Source: Amoebophrya sp. A120 (lineage: Eukaryota > Protista > Dinoflagellata). From it: 64,000 nt of DNA. This document shows, one piece after another, positions 23,901-34,949 of the stretch. Location of the stretch: NCBI GenBank assembly GCA_905178155.1, contig CAJINV010000005.1, forward strand, positions 2,048,054 through 2,112,053. The letters are read 5' to 3'. Within the stretch, counting starts at the first letter, position 1; every line of letters begins with the position of its first letter. The notes beneath the pieces are model-generated. The model was not told the DNA's origin. It searched no databases and worked only from the letters and a program-made list of their open reading frames with translations. Position numbers and translations under genes: made by a program.

Positions 23901-26900
23901 AGCGCGTTTTTGCATGACAGCAAAACGGCTCTCTTGGGTAACGTGCATGACAGATTTAAGAGTCATGCCAGACAAGAATGACAAACATGCACTCTTCCAG
24001 ACCCAGACATATTTGCATTTGATAGGGTAGAGGATGCAGCGACGCAGGATCTTGTCCATGGAGTCCTTGACCCGGCGGATCACCTCCACGTAAGACTCCC
24101 CCCCGTGCTCTATCCTATGTAAAAAAGTCCCCACGACCCCATAGTCAAGATGGGGAATCGGCTAGACAAGTCCACCAGTTTTGGCTGTTTCGCATGACAA
24201 ATTTGGGCTCTTAGTGTAGCTCTGTTTGATGTAGTTCAGCAGCATCACAGATCTGGCATATCATGCTGATTGCAGCACGACAAATTCCAAAACACGATTA
24301 GAAAACGCTTCTCATGGAGCTCCGCATGACACACACTTTCAGCATGCCGCTTTGCGTTTACAAGTACGACTATGGCGTGGGGACGACGCTTTTAAATACG
24401 ATATGCTCCCCCCACTGCGGATCTTCGCACCACCGCTGCCAGTCCCCGGGGAAGTACCGCTCGATCTCCGGGAGGGGCAAACCGCTCCAGTCCCCCCGGT
24501 GGATGGCGACCAAGTCCGTGTCGATTTGCGGCGTCAGCGCGTGCGGAGCCGCTATCAGCTCCGCCGTGACTGCGGTCCGCAGCAGCGGACTGCAAATCAC
24601 CAGGGTCAGCTATTACAATGAAAAATGCTCCCACCCCCGAACTTCAAAGCATTTGTATTGCAAACCTTTCCAAATGAAACATTCGCCCTCTTGCATGTAT
24701 CAGCATCACAGATTTACGATCGTGAATAGCAAAAATTTGTATTGCAAAAGATCCCAGCAAAAGCGGTGCTTGTCATGCAAGCGATGCGAAACAGCATTAG
24801 AATCTGCATCAGAAAGATTCATATTCCTTTCATACATGACAAAAAGGTTTCATTTGGAAACTTCGCATCACAAATTTTTGCAACTTTGGGGGTGGAGGCA
24901 CTTTTCACTGTAATATCAGCTGTTCCTGCGCCAAGCAATTCGCCAGCGCGGTTGCCTCCGCCATGCCCTCCGCGGAGAGGGTGGGGTTCATGAGGCCCAC
25001 CATGGACTTCGCCACCGATTTCTCGTAGTCCCCGTGCCTATGGATTGCAAATATGTCTGGGTTTGGAAAGATCCGAACATCATGTGATGCGCATTTCACA
25101 TCACACAAAAATCTCTCATGCATGGACAGCAAAAGATGCCCATTTGAAGATCTTGTCACCGAAACAAGAGGCGATCTGTCATGCGCATATAGGCATTGCG
25201 AAGCCTTCGCAAGATTTGTGACGCTAGACCCGCATTCCAGACCTTCCAGGGCATCCAAAACCTGCATGACAAACCTGGCAATCTTCCAGGAGACCCAGAC
25301 ATGTAGTCTGCATTGAATAGTGCCGCATCGCGAACAGTCTCACCTTCTTCAACGACGCAGACCGGTCTAGACTCCCGAACTGGTCGTCGATTCGGAAGAG
25401 CTTGTTGTGAAAGGCGCGCGAAGAAGATAAAGCACTCGTCCCATGATCAGGCGAGAGTGGGTGGGCCGAGAGGCGCTTTCGGAAGGAGCTGGAGCGCTGC
25501 GTCGGCGTCGGAGAGCGAGAGGAGCTGGCCTGCTGCGTCGGGCTGCTCGTATGGTCTGCGCCGGCCGCGGAAATAGTTCGCTCTTTTCCCTTGTCACGGC
25601 TGCTGGGCGAGGAGTCGGCTTTATCCTCCTTGATGTTCTTGTAGAAGTCGTGGTCGACGTCCTTACGATTGCCATTTGTTCGCACCTCAGCCACTTTGAT
25701 CATGCCCTCCACCGTCGGGGCTGAAGCGTTTTTTTCTTCCCTTGCGCTGCCGCCGGAGAACGATCCGCTTGATTCCTCTTTATTTGACGCCGACGTGGTC
25801 GCAGGAGCGCGACCATGATGACCCTGCTCTTATCATTTGTAAAAACGTCCCCACCCCAGAGTGAAGATGGAGATTATGCAACACAAACCTTGAAGTTTTG
25901 GGAACCACGCATGACAAATTGCAGGCTGTAGTGTAGTGCAGTTTAGCAAGGGAAGCCGCCTAACAAATCCATCTCCTTATGCTGTTTACAGCATTACAAG
26001 TTCCAAAACACGATGGATAATGCCTCTCATGGGGATGCGCATTACAAACGCTCTTGTGCTTGCAGATCTGCATGACAACTCTGGTGTGGGTACGTTTTTA
26101 CTCAGGATAGCTCTCTGGAAATCTGTCGCGACTTCGTCCCCGCCGCCTTCCGCCTCTCACTCGGACTTTTGGAAGAACCACAATCTGCCTTATCAAGTGC
26201 AAATATGTCATCGAATGCCCCACGTGTTGAGATCACACAGATGACCTGGCATGCAGAAGCGCACAGATACAGAAGCAAGCATCCCAATAAATTTTGCAAG
26301 AGGCACCAGCTTTCAATGCCTAATATCCCGCAGCAGCAATTTGCCCGTCGCGTTTTCAGCAGGAAGTTCCCAAGAACATTGTTTTGATGGCGTTCATGTT
26401 GCAAGAACACAGATATTTTTGTGCGCTTGACTTACCATAACAAGTCGCTCTCTTGCAGACCCAGACACCTAACTCACTTGCAGTGCATATGCCTCGTCGC
26501 TGGACAAGTCGTCCTCGTCGCCGCCGGCTAGCAGTTATCAAATGCAAAAGTGTGTGGGTCTGGAAGATTCTGAGACTTGTCATGCATGGTCGGCATGAGC
26601 CATGACGTCTATGATGCATGCCCTAGCATCACAGGTTTTTTGAGGGATTCTTGATGCCTATTCCGCTGCTGCTCATGCAACACAAATTTTTTAGACCTCC
26701 AACTGCAGCATCACAGGTTCCAACCTTCCAGAGGACCCAGACATTTTTGCATTTGATAGCAGTTCACTCAGGGCGAGAACTTTCCGCTCGCCGAGCTCCA
26801 CCGCCCCCGCCACCTCCTCGGTCGCGACAGACTTGATGAAAGTCCGATTCTTCAAAACCTCGTCCGCATACGCACTTGCGGCAGCCTCTGCGACGTCGTG

Positions 26901-29900
26901 GTCCACCCCTGCCGGTATTTCTAATGTAGAAGTCGTTCCCCCAGCAAGAGGTGGAACAGGACGGCCGCCGGTCACGGCCGCGTGTTGAGACACGCCGTCT
27001 TGTGTGCTTTTGTTCGAACTGGTGGCCGTGCCGCTGTTCTGATCAATCACCGACTGCTGTTGCCCTTTACCTCGACCCTCGGTGGATTCCTTACTCCCCT
27101 TGTCCGAGGAGGCCTTCTGGGCTCCTTCCGGAAAAGCACTTCCTTCGGAGGAGAACATCTGCCCGATCTGGCCCGCCGCCGCCGGCGCCAAGGAACCACG
27201 ACCGGCGAAAGACCCGGCGGCGGCGCTTGCGGCGTGCAAATTCGGCGGCACCAGCACCGACTGGTGCTGTCGGAGAAACAGCCCGAGTAAGGGACAGTAC
27301 ACCGGCAGCGTGCTCTATCGCAAGAAAACACGACTGTTGTAAACTTGTCGTCGTGGGGTCCAGAGAATGCAACACAGAAGTCTGTTTGTCTTGCTAAACA
27401 TAACATGGTGCATCCCATTTTTGGATTTTTCAGTGTGCAGTTTTAGGAAGCACGCAATGCAACTTTTTCTTGTCAGGTCCCGCCTTAGGGATGTGATGCA
27501 AAATGATCTTGCCAAGACGAAGAACTCGTATATTCCATGAAACAGTTCAATATGTTCCGTGCGATATGCTCGGAAAGTAGTCGATATCCAGCAGAAAATT
27601 CACGTCCGTGATCGCCCCCTCCCCGAACTGAAACACCGTCGGGCCCTTCCGAAACCGGCGGCGCAGGTCCGTGACCACGTCCTTGCTGTCGACTTGCTGC
27701 ATCACCAATCTCGCGGAATCGTCCAAGAGCAGCGACGATGGGTTGGGCACGGATTGCATGAGCATCCAGAGCAGGTACGCAGTGACCAACTCGTCCTCGG
27801 AGCTCCGATTTTGGCCCCGGTTGTAGCCACAGCACACGAAAATGATGGGCGGCGGAGTGGTTTGCTCGCCCGCATCCTGCCGGTCCTCGACGCGCTGCAG
27901 CGCGGACTGCGCGCCGGTGTTGGCCGCGGCGCCGGAGGTGGTGGCGCCGGAGGTGGTGTAATCTTGCACCAAGGCTGAAATCACCGCGGACGCGTTCAGC
28001 AGGGAACCCAGCAACAGCCTCTTCGCGTCGCGGACCCAGGGAATCGCACGGGTTCCGTTCGTCGTGTAGAGCAGTTATTCCAATGAAAATAACCGCCCCA
28101 CGACCCCCGAAAGTAGATACTAATTGTTCTGATGCAAAGTTTCCACAGTACATGGACACAGACACCGTTTGTCTTGCATGAAAGGTGGACTTTGGGTCTT
28201 CCTGAAGATGTAGAGGCATCTTCCAAGAAGTCACAGGCCAGGCTGTTGCTGGGGGCCCTTTTTGCAGTGCAGATTTTTGTTGCTATTCACCACTGGAAAT
28301 TTGTGATCTTGAGGCATGCAAGATGACGACTGTTTCCGTTGGGACGAACAAGCTTTGAAGATGCCATACAAATGCTTCCACGTTCTGAGAAAGATCATAG
28401 GGGCACAACTGTTCAATAGGATAACAACACCGTTTTGTTCTCTACTTTAGGATCCAAAAACGACTTCGCGTCCACGCCCTTGTCAAACCGCTTAATGCGA
28501 TCGCCCTCGGCTGTGACGCCGCAACGAAGCGTTCTGTCCGGGTCCAGCCCGTCCGCGACCTTGTTCAGAGCGTACACCGACCCGCACAGCTGCACGGCGT
28601 TCGCGCCCGAGCCCAACGCCGTCACGGCCGCCGACAACACAATGTGCTGCACCAGCACCACGACGCTGTTCTGCACCTCGTGCCGGGGCGCGACCTGCCC
28701 CGGGAGCAAGACCACGGACACCTTGCGTTGTGTCAGCGGCACCACCGCACCGGGATCCGCCGCCCCGAACCGCGCCATCGAAGTACTAGTATACGGCGAC
28801 GGCAGCCAGGGTGTCGTGCGCGCAGTGAAAGTGCTGGAATGTTGGGGTAGTAATTGGTGGCGGAGTCCGTACGCACTTGCACTTGAAGATGTCAAGGCCG
28901 TCAACGTCGCCGGGTTACTCGTTACAACCGGGGTTGGTTGTTGTTGTTGACCCCCGGTGGTGGAGGTCCCGAAAACGACCTTGCTGCCGCTGTTGCTTTT
29001 GGCGGGGAGAACTACACCTTTTATTCTATTAGAGCATCTAGATCTAGAAGCTATTGTATTTGCGAAGTAGTGGACAAGAAGGCCCCCGTCGTCGAGGACT
29101 TCTCCTTGTCCCCCAGCAGCATATATGCTTGCTGAGCCAGCATAAAAATTACGATTGGTATACTAGAGACCACAAGTTGCGAACACCTGCGCACACACCA
29201 CAAGTTGCGAACACCTGTTAAAAACCGGAAACGCACACAAGCACTGGAGGAGATGGCGGAGGACCTCAAGGAGAGGCTTGGCAAAGTCGAAGACCGGCAG
29301 GACCTGCAGCAGAGGGCACACGAGGAGCTGACGGAACGCATTGGAAATGTCGAGGAGGAAATTATGCTCGCGCTAGAAGACCAAAATAAGGAAACAAAGG
29401 AGGTCAAGAAGGCGGTCAACGAGCGCACCGGCGGCATCCACCAGGCTATTCAAAATATCGAGATTCTCATCCGCAACTGGCAGATCAGCACGCAGCAAGG
29501 AGAAATCATCAGTGACATCCCCACCGAAGAGAAAAACGTCTCCGCTGATAAAGTCGCTGCGTCGCAGCTGCAGGCTCTAGTGCAAGAGCAACAGCAGCAA
29601 TCGTCGCAGCAGCAGGCGGGAAGCGGAGCCAGCAGTAAGAACAAATCCAACACGGCGAAGCGCTCCAGCACGACCGGCGTTTCCTCTTCAGCGGCAAGCA
29701 CACTCTCTTCGAAGAAAAGTAATCAGGTCTGGGTGACCAAGGACAAAAACGCAGAAAATTATACTCAACATATATCCCTATAATCTGCATTATACTCAAC
29801 ATTTCAGAATCTGCATCGGGTCCTCTAGAAGATGCAGCTCCATTGTATCCCTAGGGTCATCTAGAAGCTATACTCAATCGCTCTTCATCATTCTATTCTA

Positions 29901-32900
29901 GAAGCTGCCGCTGTTGCTCTTGGCGGGGAGAACAGCACCACTAAGAGCCTGTACGATTAATCGACCCCCTTCTCGATACCGAGAAGCCCCCCCAAATCCG
30001 GATCCTGACCGACCTTACCCCCCTACGCCCCCCTTCTCGAAATCGAGGGGCTTTTTATCGCGAATCCTGTTTCCGAAATTGAACGCCGGTGCTACGGCGC
30101 ATTTTGCGCCATTATTTTCTTTTTGTGAGATTACAGCGCCAGGCGCGGTTTCGCTTCGAGTAGATGCTATTTAATACCAAGCGAAACACATATCGCCCGC
30201 GCTGTGGCGCTTTTTCTACTTCGTGCAGTTTTTCCCAAAAGAGCGCAGTCAGGTGGTCTCTGGCTCGTTTTGCAGTGCTTGCCACAAAGCAAAATAGCCC
30301 TCTGCTTCTGCTGATGTCTGCCACTATTCTCGCTAAAACGACCAGAAAGTCTCTTTTCGGAGAGCAGTCGTAGCGCAACTATTTCGCAACAGAAACACGC
30401 TGCGCGCACGCAGTAAAACAACAGATCCGCTCCCAAGTAGATCCCGGACACCCTTACTCTTTCGCAGCCCGCGGCCCCTTTTTCAATCGGGCCGCTTTTT
30501 GTAAGCTTCTCTAGAAACTTGTCCTCTCTATGGAGGTGGTGCTTGATGTATTTCCTCCTGATGTGGCTTCTAAAAAGTCATCTTGGTGCTAACCACACCA
30601 AGAAAAGCTTCTGCTCCACTAAGAAGAGAAAAAAGCACAACCGCACTACCACCCCGCACCCATATTTTCTGGATTTGCCATCTTTGGTGCGGTGGACGGG
30701 GGAGCTCCGATTTTGCGCGCGGCCTCATAGTTGTGCTTTTTGGACACGACTTTTGTAGCAAAGCAAGAGGAGCAACGCCGAGAAACTGGAGCTAGGTTTC
30801 TTGCGTGCCCTGCCTGGCAGTTATCATCTGAGTACTGAATCACTACTGCGTTGCCTTTGTCCTAAGCTGTTGCTTTTGGCGGGGAGAACTACACCACTAA
30901 GAGATGATGAACTTTGCGTACTATTTGCCATTTGCGTCGGCGACGTGGCAGACGGATCGGGAAAACTCTGGTTCACCGGGGTAGCAGACCCAGCCCCCGC
31001 GGCGCGAGGGGGAAATAAATGAACATCCCGGTCCTTCGGCGCGGTGGCGGTGGCGGGGTCGTCCGGTACTAGTGCCGGTTGAAGATGCAGGGGAATCAAG
31101 GGCTTCAGCTCCGGTAGTTCCCGCTGCTTCTCCAACTCGGCCATCCACTCCTCTAGGTCGGCGTCCGTATTGTGAGGAAAGATCCCTCACTCCCATATCA
31201 AAACAAAGTTTGGATTTCTAATGCTGGACCTCCGTACACAGGTCAGACTTGTCTTGCGGTAGAGGACTGCAGGCATATGCCAAGCCTGAGCAGAGAGGTC
31301 TTGATGTAGGCCCCTAGCATGACAACAGTCGACACTGTAAGCCCAAAAGCATCACAAACCGCCCGCATAATTCGGCGGACGCTCTGGATTTGCATTCTTG
31401 CAAGACAGCCAGGATTTCATTTGTGGTCACAAATCTGCATCACAAATGCGCTTTCAATACGGGGAGGGGGGATTTTTCCTTTTGATAGTCCGTGACCACT
31501 CCCTTGGTCAAAACCTCCTCCTGACACAGGGTCTGCGCCACGTCGAGCCGCGTCTCCGGAATCTTGTGCAGCGACACGATCACGTAGCGGCACCCCCCCA
31601 TCCAGACCGACCGCGCGCGGACGATGCACCACGACTGGTTGGCCTTCGCGATCCGCATGGTGGACACCCATTTCATGCAGCCCCGATTGTCGTTCATCGT
31701 CTGCTGCAGCCGAGACTTGGCCTCCCGAGGGTTCTGCACCCACGGCGCAAACTATGACAGTGCACAACTCCCCCTCCCCCTCATTTGTCATGCAAAATAC
31801 CCAATCCACCCTTTGCCTCTTGGCACTGTTGGCATGACAAATTCTGGCACTAGCCCAAATAGCACTACAATCCAGTGCAAATTTGTCATGCATACCCGAC
31901 TGCACCACATCAAAAACCTTTGCACCGTCGCCGCAAGCAGCTACGGACGCAGGAGATCTAGGGTCAGAACCTTTGTCATGCAAGACCGGCAATCTTGCTG
32001 ATGCTTGTATTGCCGAGAATGCTATACAAATGAGAGGGGGAGTTGTGCACTGTCATACAAACTCCACCGGTTCGAACACCGTCCAGAAGGATTGGTCAAC
32101 GACCGATATTATGCACATTGCATACATATCTAGGTCTGGAAAAGGATGCAAACTTGCCTCTGATGGTACTACGCAGTCGGGTACGCACAAAGTAGACAAA
32201 AGTCTGTGTTTGCAAGAACAACGATCTTCTTCGCCGCCCACTTATTTTTACCAAGAAGTAGAAGTAAAGGGGCGATTTATAGTCGGATAAAGGGGTTGTA
32301 CTTATTAGGCATCGAGAGGCCTCCTTCTGCCCAGTTCGTGTAGAACTACAAGAAGTGCTTGTACCATGTGCATTCCAGGTCTCCCACCTGCGAGGACCCA
32401 GATATTCTATAATCTTTGCATTTCCTACAGGTCAAGATCGTCGCCGGAGAGACGGCGGCAACATAATCTTCACTAGTGCAGCCAGTACTAGCCGCGTCCA
32501 CAACCTGCCGCGGTCCTCCAGCTGTTAAACTGCTCCCGTTGCCCGGCCCCGCAGCTCCGGTACTCGTCGCGGCAAGCAGCGCTCTCAACCCCTGGGAAAT
32601 CCCACACACCACGCCGTCTCCGACGAGAAACTGCGCTTCCTGCTGTGGCGTGATGAAGGAAAGTGCCAAGGTATCGCCTGGAAGCAAAACGCAGCACCCA
32701 CGACCCCCGAGTGCTTCTCATGCAGATTTGCATTTGAAGGAACATGTGTCCTTACCGTCATGCGCCCCCTTGAGAAAAACCAGACGGGAAGCGTTTTCGC
32801 TCGATAATAATTCGAAAAAATGTAGTTGTAGTTATCATGCTCTAATCGCGCTAAAAAGCACCAGATGGCTTTCTCGTCGTGCGAGTGTGGTGCACGCTGG

Positions 32901-33428
32901 CCCGCTCTGTAATGATACATACCCATACAAAAGTCCTGATGCGCCGCAAGAATTCGCAACAAATGAAGTGCAGCACTTGTCTAGCAGGCTTATTCATCCC
33001 ATGTTCTTCACTCTGGAACGCGTAGTACGCGGCTTTGACAGAGGATACAAGGCCCGGTGCTGGTTCCGCTCTTCCTCATTCTGGTCCAGAGACAGCGATC
33101 GCGCGGAGTCGCTCCGCGTGGCGGACGGGTTCGAACTGATCCGACGCATGATGAGTCGCTTATCAAGACATGGCAACGGTAGCGGTAGGCACGAGGGGGT
33201 CTTAAGGCTGGACAGATTGAAAACTCCGAGGTCGTCGTAGACAATCACAGTAAGAGTAGCAACTCTCTCCTCAACGCACACAGCACCGAACTTCCTATGG
33301 TGGAAAAACAGTACGTATGAACGAGTTCCTTAGAGCAAGATCTTGAGACACTTAATACACTTCCACCACATAAAACCGAAGACTGCATCTTTTTGTACGT
33401 ACATTTACCGAGCGAATAAAGCGATCAT
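14988..33428 (-). CDS. Large fusion: degenerate ComB-like domain + histidine phosphatase (PGAM/CobC-like) + 2-phosphosulfolactate phosphatase (ComB) + degenerate histidine phosphatase
   Basis: Continuous frame after removing 27 introners, a GT-AG intron (33408-33295) and array 3. Motifs: IDVLRMSST, LLGGE..GFDRDNSP, TTNGTRA (ComB); AMRHG, SPLLRT, GDWSG, HGGES, VVTH (His phosphatase). Start codon inferred. Confidence 0.85.
15214..15474. mobile_element. Introner family A
   Basis: TSD cgtcg. Confidence 0.93.
15544..15837. mobile_element. Introner family A-like
   Basis: Flanks ccgcc/ccgca. Confidence 0.85.
15923..16215. mobile_element. Introner family A-like
   Basis: Flanks acttc/gcttc. Confidence 0.85.
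16363..16649. mobile_element. Introner
   Basis: Flanks aatga/gatga; restores VVIASSPLRRA. Confidence 0.85.
16873..17151. mobile_element. Introner family B
   Basis: TSD tgctg. Confidence 0.92.
17210..17471. mobile_element. Introner family A
   Basis: TSD ccgga. Confidence 0.93.
17686..19713. mobile_element. Introner family C (TATC...GAAAAATCCCCCCTCCCCATA) expanded by a nested insert
   Basis: TSD ccggg; removal restores RIGLSR|DVEFCLERD of ComB. Confidence 0.9.
17823..19532. mobile_element. 1.7-kb insertion nested inside an introner, 7-bp duplication TCATGCT
   Basis: Flanks 17686-17822 and 19533-19713 align with the two halves of intact element 51904-52214; TCATGCT at 17816-17822 and 19533-19539. 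Confidence 0.75.
21009..21160. mobile_element. Introner family D (TATCCTGTGCAAAAGTATCG)
   Basis: TSD actcc. Confidence 0.92.
21375..21695. mobile_element. Introner
   Basis: Flanks tgtaa/tgtag. Confidence 0.85.
21723..21853. mobile_element. Introner family D
   Basis: Flanks cggag/cggaa. Confidence 0.9.
21892..22147. mobile_element. Introner family A
   Basis: TSD cagat. Confidence 0.93.
22203..22487. mobile_element. Introner family B
   Basis: TSD gggtc. Confidence 0.92.
22865..23184. mobile_element. Introner family B-like
   Basis: Flanks ccgac/ctgac. Confidence 0.88.
23405..23656. mobile_element. Introner family A
   Basis: TSD cacac. Confidence 0.93.
23773..24024. mobile_element. Introner family A
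   Basis: TSD gggta. Confidence 0.93.
24111..24403. mobile_element. Introner family B
   Basis: TSD tgctc; restores EHGGES. Confidence 0.92.
24611..24915. mobile_element. Introner
   Basis: TSD tcagc. Confidence 0.92.
25039..25319. mobile_element. Introner family A-like
   Basis: TSD gtgcc; splits the catalytic RH|G motif. Confidence 0.92.
25831..26109. mobile_element. Introner family B
   Basis: TSD gctct. Confidence 0.92.
26191..26489. mobile_element. Introner
   Basis: TSD tgcct. Confidence 0.9.
26536..26758. mobile_element. Introner family A
   Basis: TSD gcagt. Confidence 0.92.
27316..27566. mobile_element. Introner
   Basis: TSD tgctc; restores DYFPSTLPVY. Confidence 0.9.
28076..28423. 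mobile_element. Introner (old, TSD decayed)
   Basis: Imperfect 24-bp TIR; removal plus 5 nt restores TVLLYTTNGTRA. Confidence 0.8.
28983..30903. repeat. Array 3: three copies of 36-44 bp of coding sequence separated by 885 and 918 bp inserts, inside the phosphatase gene
   Basis: GCTGTTGCT(T/C)TTGGCGGGGAGAAC..CACC at 28983-29018, 29904-29947, 30866-30903; collapsing restores SLSGVVLPAKSNSGSKVVFG. Confidence 0.92.
29253..29783 (+). CDS. Possible cargo ORF (176 aa, coiled-coil N-terminal half) in an array-3 insert, antisense to the host gene
   Basis: ATG-initiated, heptad-like E/K/L-rich sequence MAEDLKERLGKVEDRQDLQQRAHEELTERIGNVEEE; wholly inside insert 29019-29903. Confidence 0.45.
   Translation: MAEDLKERLGKVEDRQDLQQRAHEELTERIGNVEEEIMLALEDQNKETKEVKKAVNERTGGIHQAIQNIEILIRNWQISTQQGEIISDIPTEEKNVSADKVAASQLQALVQEQQQQSSQQQAGSGASSKNKSNTAKRSSTTGVSSSAASTLSSKKSNQVWVTKDKNAENYTQHISL
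31168..31487. mobile_element. Introner family C
   Basis: TSD gtccg. Confidence 0.92.
31753..32057. mobile_element. Introner
   Basis: TIR TATGACAGTGCACAACTCCCCCTC, TSD caaac. Confidence 0.93.
32110..32427. mobile_element. Introner (old, TSD decayed)
   Basis: Degenerate family A ends; frame restored. Confidence 0.65.
32672..33047. mobile_element. Introner
   Basis: TSD caagg. Confidence 0.88.
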
Positions 33429-33755
33429 CTCAGAGGATGCCGAGTCAGAAACTGGAACTGCTACCAGGTGGAACGGGAAGAAACAAAGCTACAGACAACA
33501 CGAAGCTGCCAGCAGCTTCGAATTCTATTAGAGCACAGATCTGGTACGGTCGAATACATGGATTTGCGCGGTCATATTGCTCCACTGTAGCTGACATCAA
33601 CGTCCTCTCAGTGGTTTTGTGTTTTGTAGTTTCTACTTTGTTCCATATTTAGTAAAAAGCATGCCGACGCCACTGTTAATGCAGCCCTGTCACATGTACG
33701 GCACAGCAGCAGGACCATTTTTTGGAGGCTGATTCAATCGCCATTCGCATGCGCC

Positions 33756-34949
33756 TCATCGATGCGCCTCATCGTGCGCGGCGTTGTGAGTCCACATGTT
33801 CGCCGCGCCACTGGGCCTGCTGGATCTTCGGCTCGGCGGCGCACCGCCCCCACTGTTCGCTGCCCGATCGTTCAGGTCGGAAGTGTCGCCAAGTTGGTTC
33901 ACCTGTCGAAATTCCTTGCCATCCCGTTGGTGCGCCTCGAATCGAACGATCTGTGCCTTGAGATCGGCTGCTTTCTTACCCGACGCGGTCTTGGCCTCCC
34001 GTGCCTGCCGTTCCTGCTCGAACTCGCTCTCGGCCGTCAGGTGTTTACGTCGTCGTGTGCCAGCAGCTGCAGCAGCAGAGCCCAAGCCGACAACAGCAGC
34101 GGTGGCGATTCCGACGTCCCCGTTCACACGCTCCTCTTCGAGCATCGCCGAGGCCGCGGCCTGACTCCCGTAGTGCAGCTCGAGAAACTGCTGCGCTCGC
34201 AGGCGGCGCTGTTCTTGCACAGAAGCGCCGTGGTCCCCTCGTACAAGATCGGCAACAACTTCAGCACTAGTCTCAACCGCGGTCGGCGCGCCAGGTACTA
34301 CAGCGAAGTTCTGCTCGCCTTCTCCTGTTGACACGTTTTCTTCCGCAACCTCGTGCGCGGCCGTCGCCGTCCACCTGCGATTACTTTCATTTTCGCTTCT
34401 CGAAAGTCCTATAATTTTTTCACCGTCCGCACGAGATGGCATTCCACTTTGTGGTGGAGATGTTGCGCCAAGAGATGGTGAAACGCCAAGAGAATTGAAC
34501 TTGTTCTGCCAAGAAATGATCTTCCAGTTGCTCGGAGCAAGCCCGCAAAGTCCTGATCCGACAAGGCAAAAAATCGTGAACAAGAAGAGCATCGCGAAAA
34601 GAAGCGCGCAGAAAAGCACTCCTCGGTATTTCCTCGGGTTCCCAATGATCGAAGCAAAAAGCGCCTCATCTGCGTTCCTGTTCCAAGAACCTCCTCGCAG
34701 CAGACGACCACCGAGCGACGTTGTAGCACGACCAGGGCAGTCGTGAGAACAAGAAGCATCCCTTGATGTACTACCGTGGCTGGTTGAACAACAATCTTTT
34801 TTACTCCAAGTAATTACAACTTCGTCGCTAGTAAAAGGACAAGAACTTCTCCCGTTCTGTTGCATCGACGTGATCTTGTGCTGCCCTGTCGCCGCAGAAC
34901 CCGGAATGAAGTCGAAACTGGGAATGTTATTTTCCTCTGCAATCTTCAT
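33756..34949 (-). CDS. Hypothetical single-pass membrane protein
   Basis: 397-aa ORF with hydrophobic segment GVLFCALLFAMLFLFTIFCLVG; same strand as neighbours. Confidence 0.6.
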   Translation of the reverse strand: MKIAEENNIPSFDFIPGSAATGQHKITSMQQNGRSSCPFTSDEVVITWSKKDCCSTSHGSTSRDASCSHDCPGRATTSLGGRLLRGGSWNRNADEALFASIIGNPRKYRGVLFCALLFAMLFLFTIFCLVGSGLCGLAPSNWKIISWQNKFNSLGVSPSLGATSPPQSGMPSRADGEKIIGLSRSENESNRRWTATAAHEVAEENVSTGEGEQNFAVVPGAPTAVETSAEVVADLVRGDHGASVQEQRRLRAQQFLELHYGSQAAASAMLEEERVNGDVGIATAAVVGLGSAAAAAGTRRRKHLTAESEFEQERQAREAKTASGKKAADLKAQIVRFEAHQRDGKEFRQVNQLGDTSDLNDRAANSGGGAPPSRRSSRPSGAANMWTHNAAHDEAHR

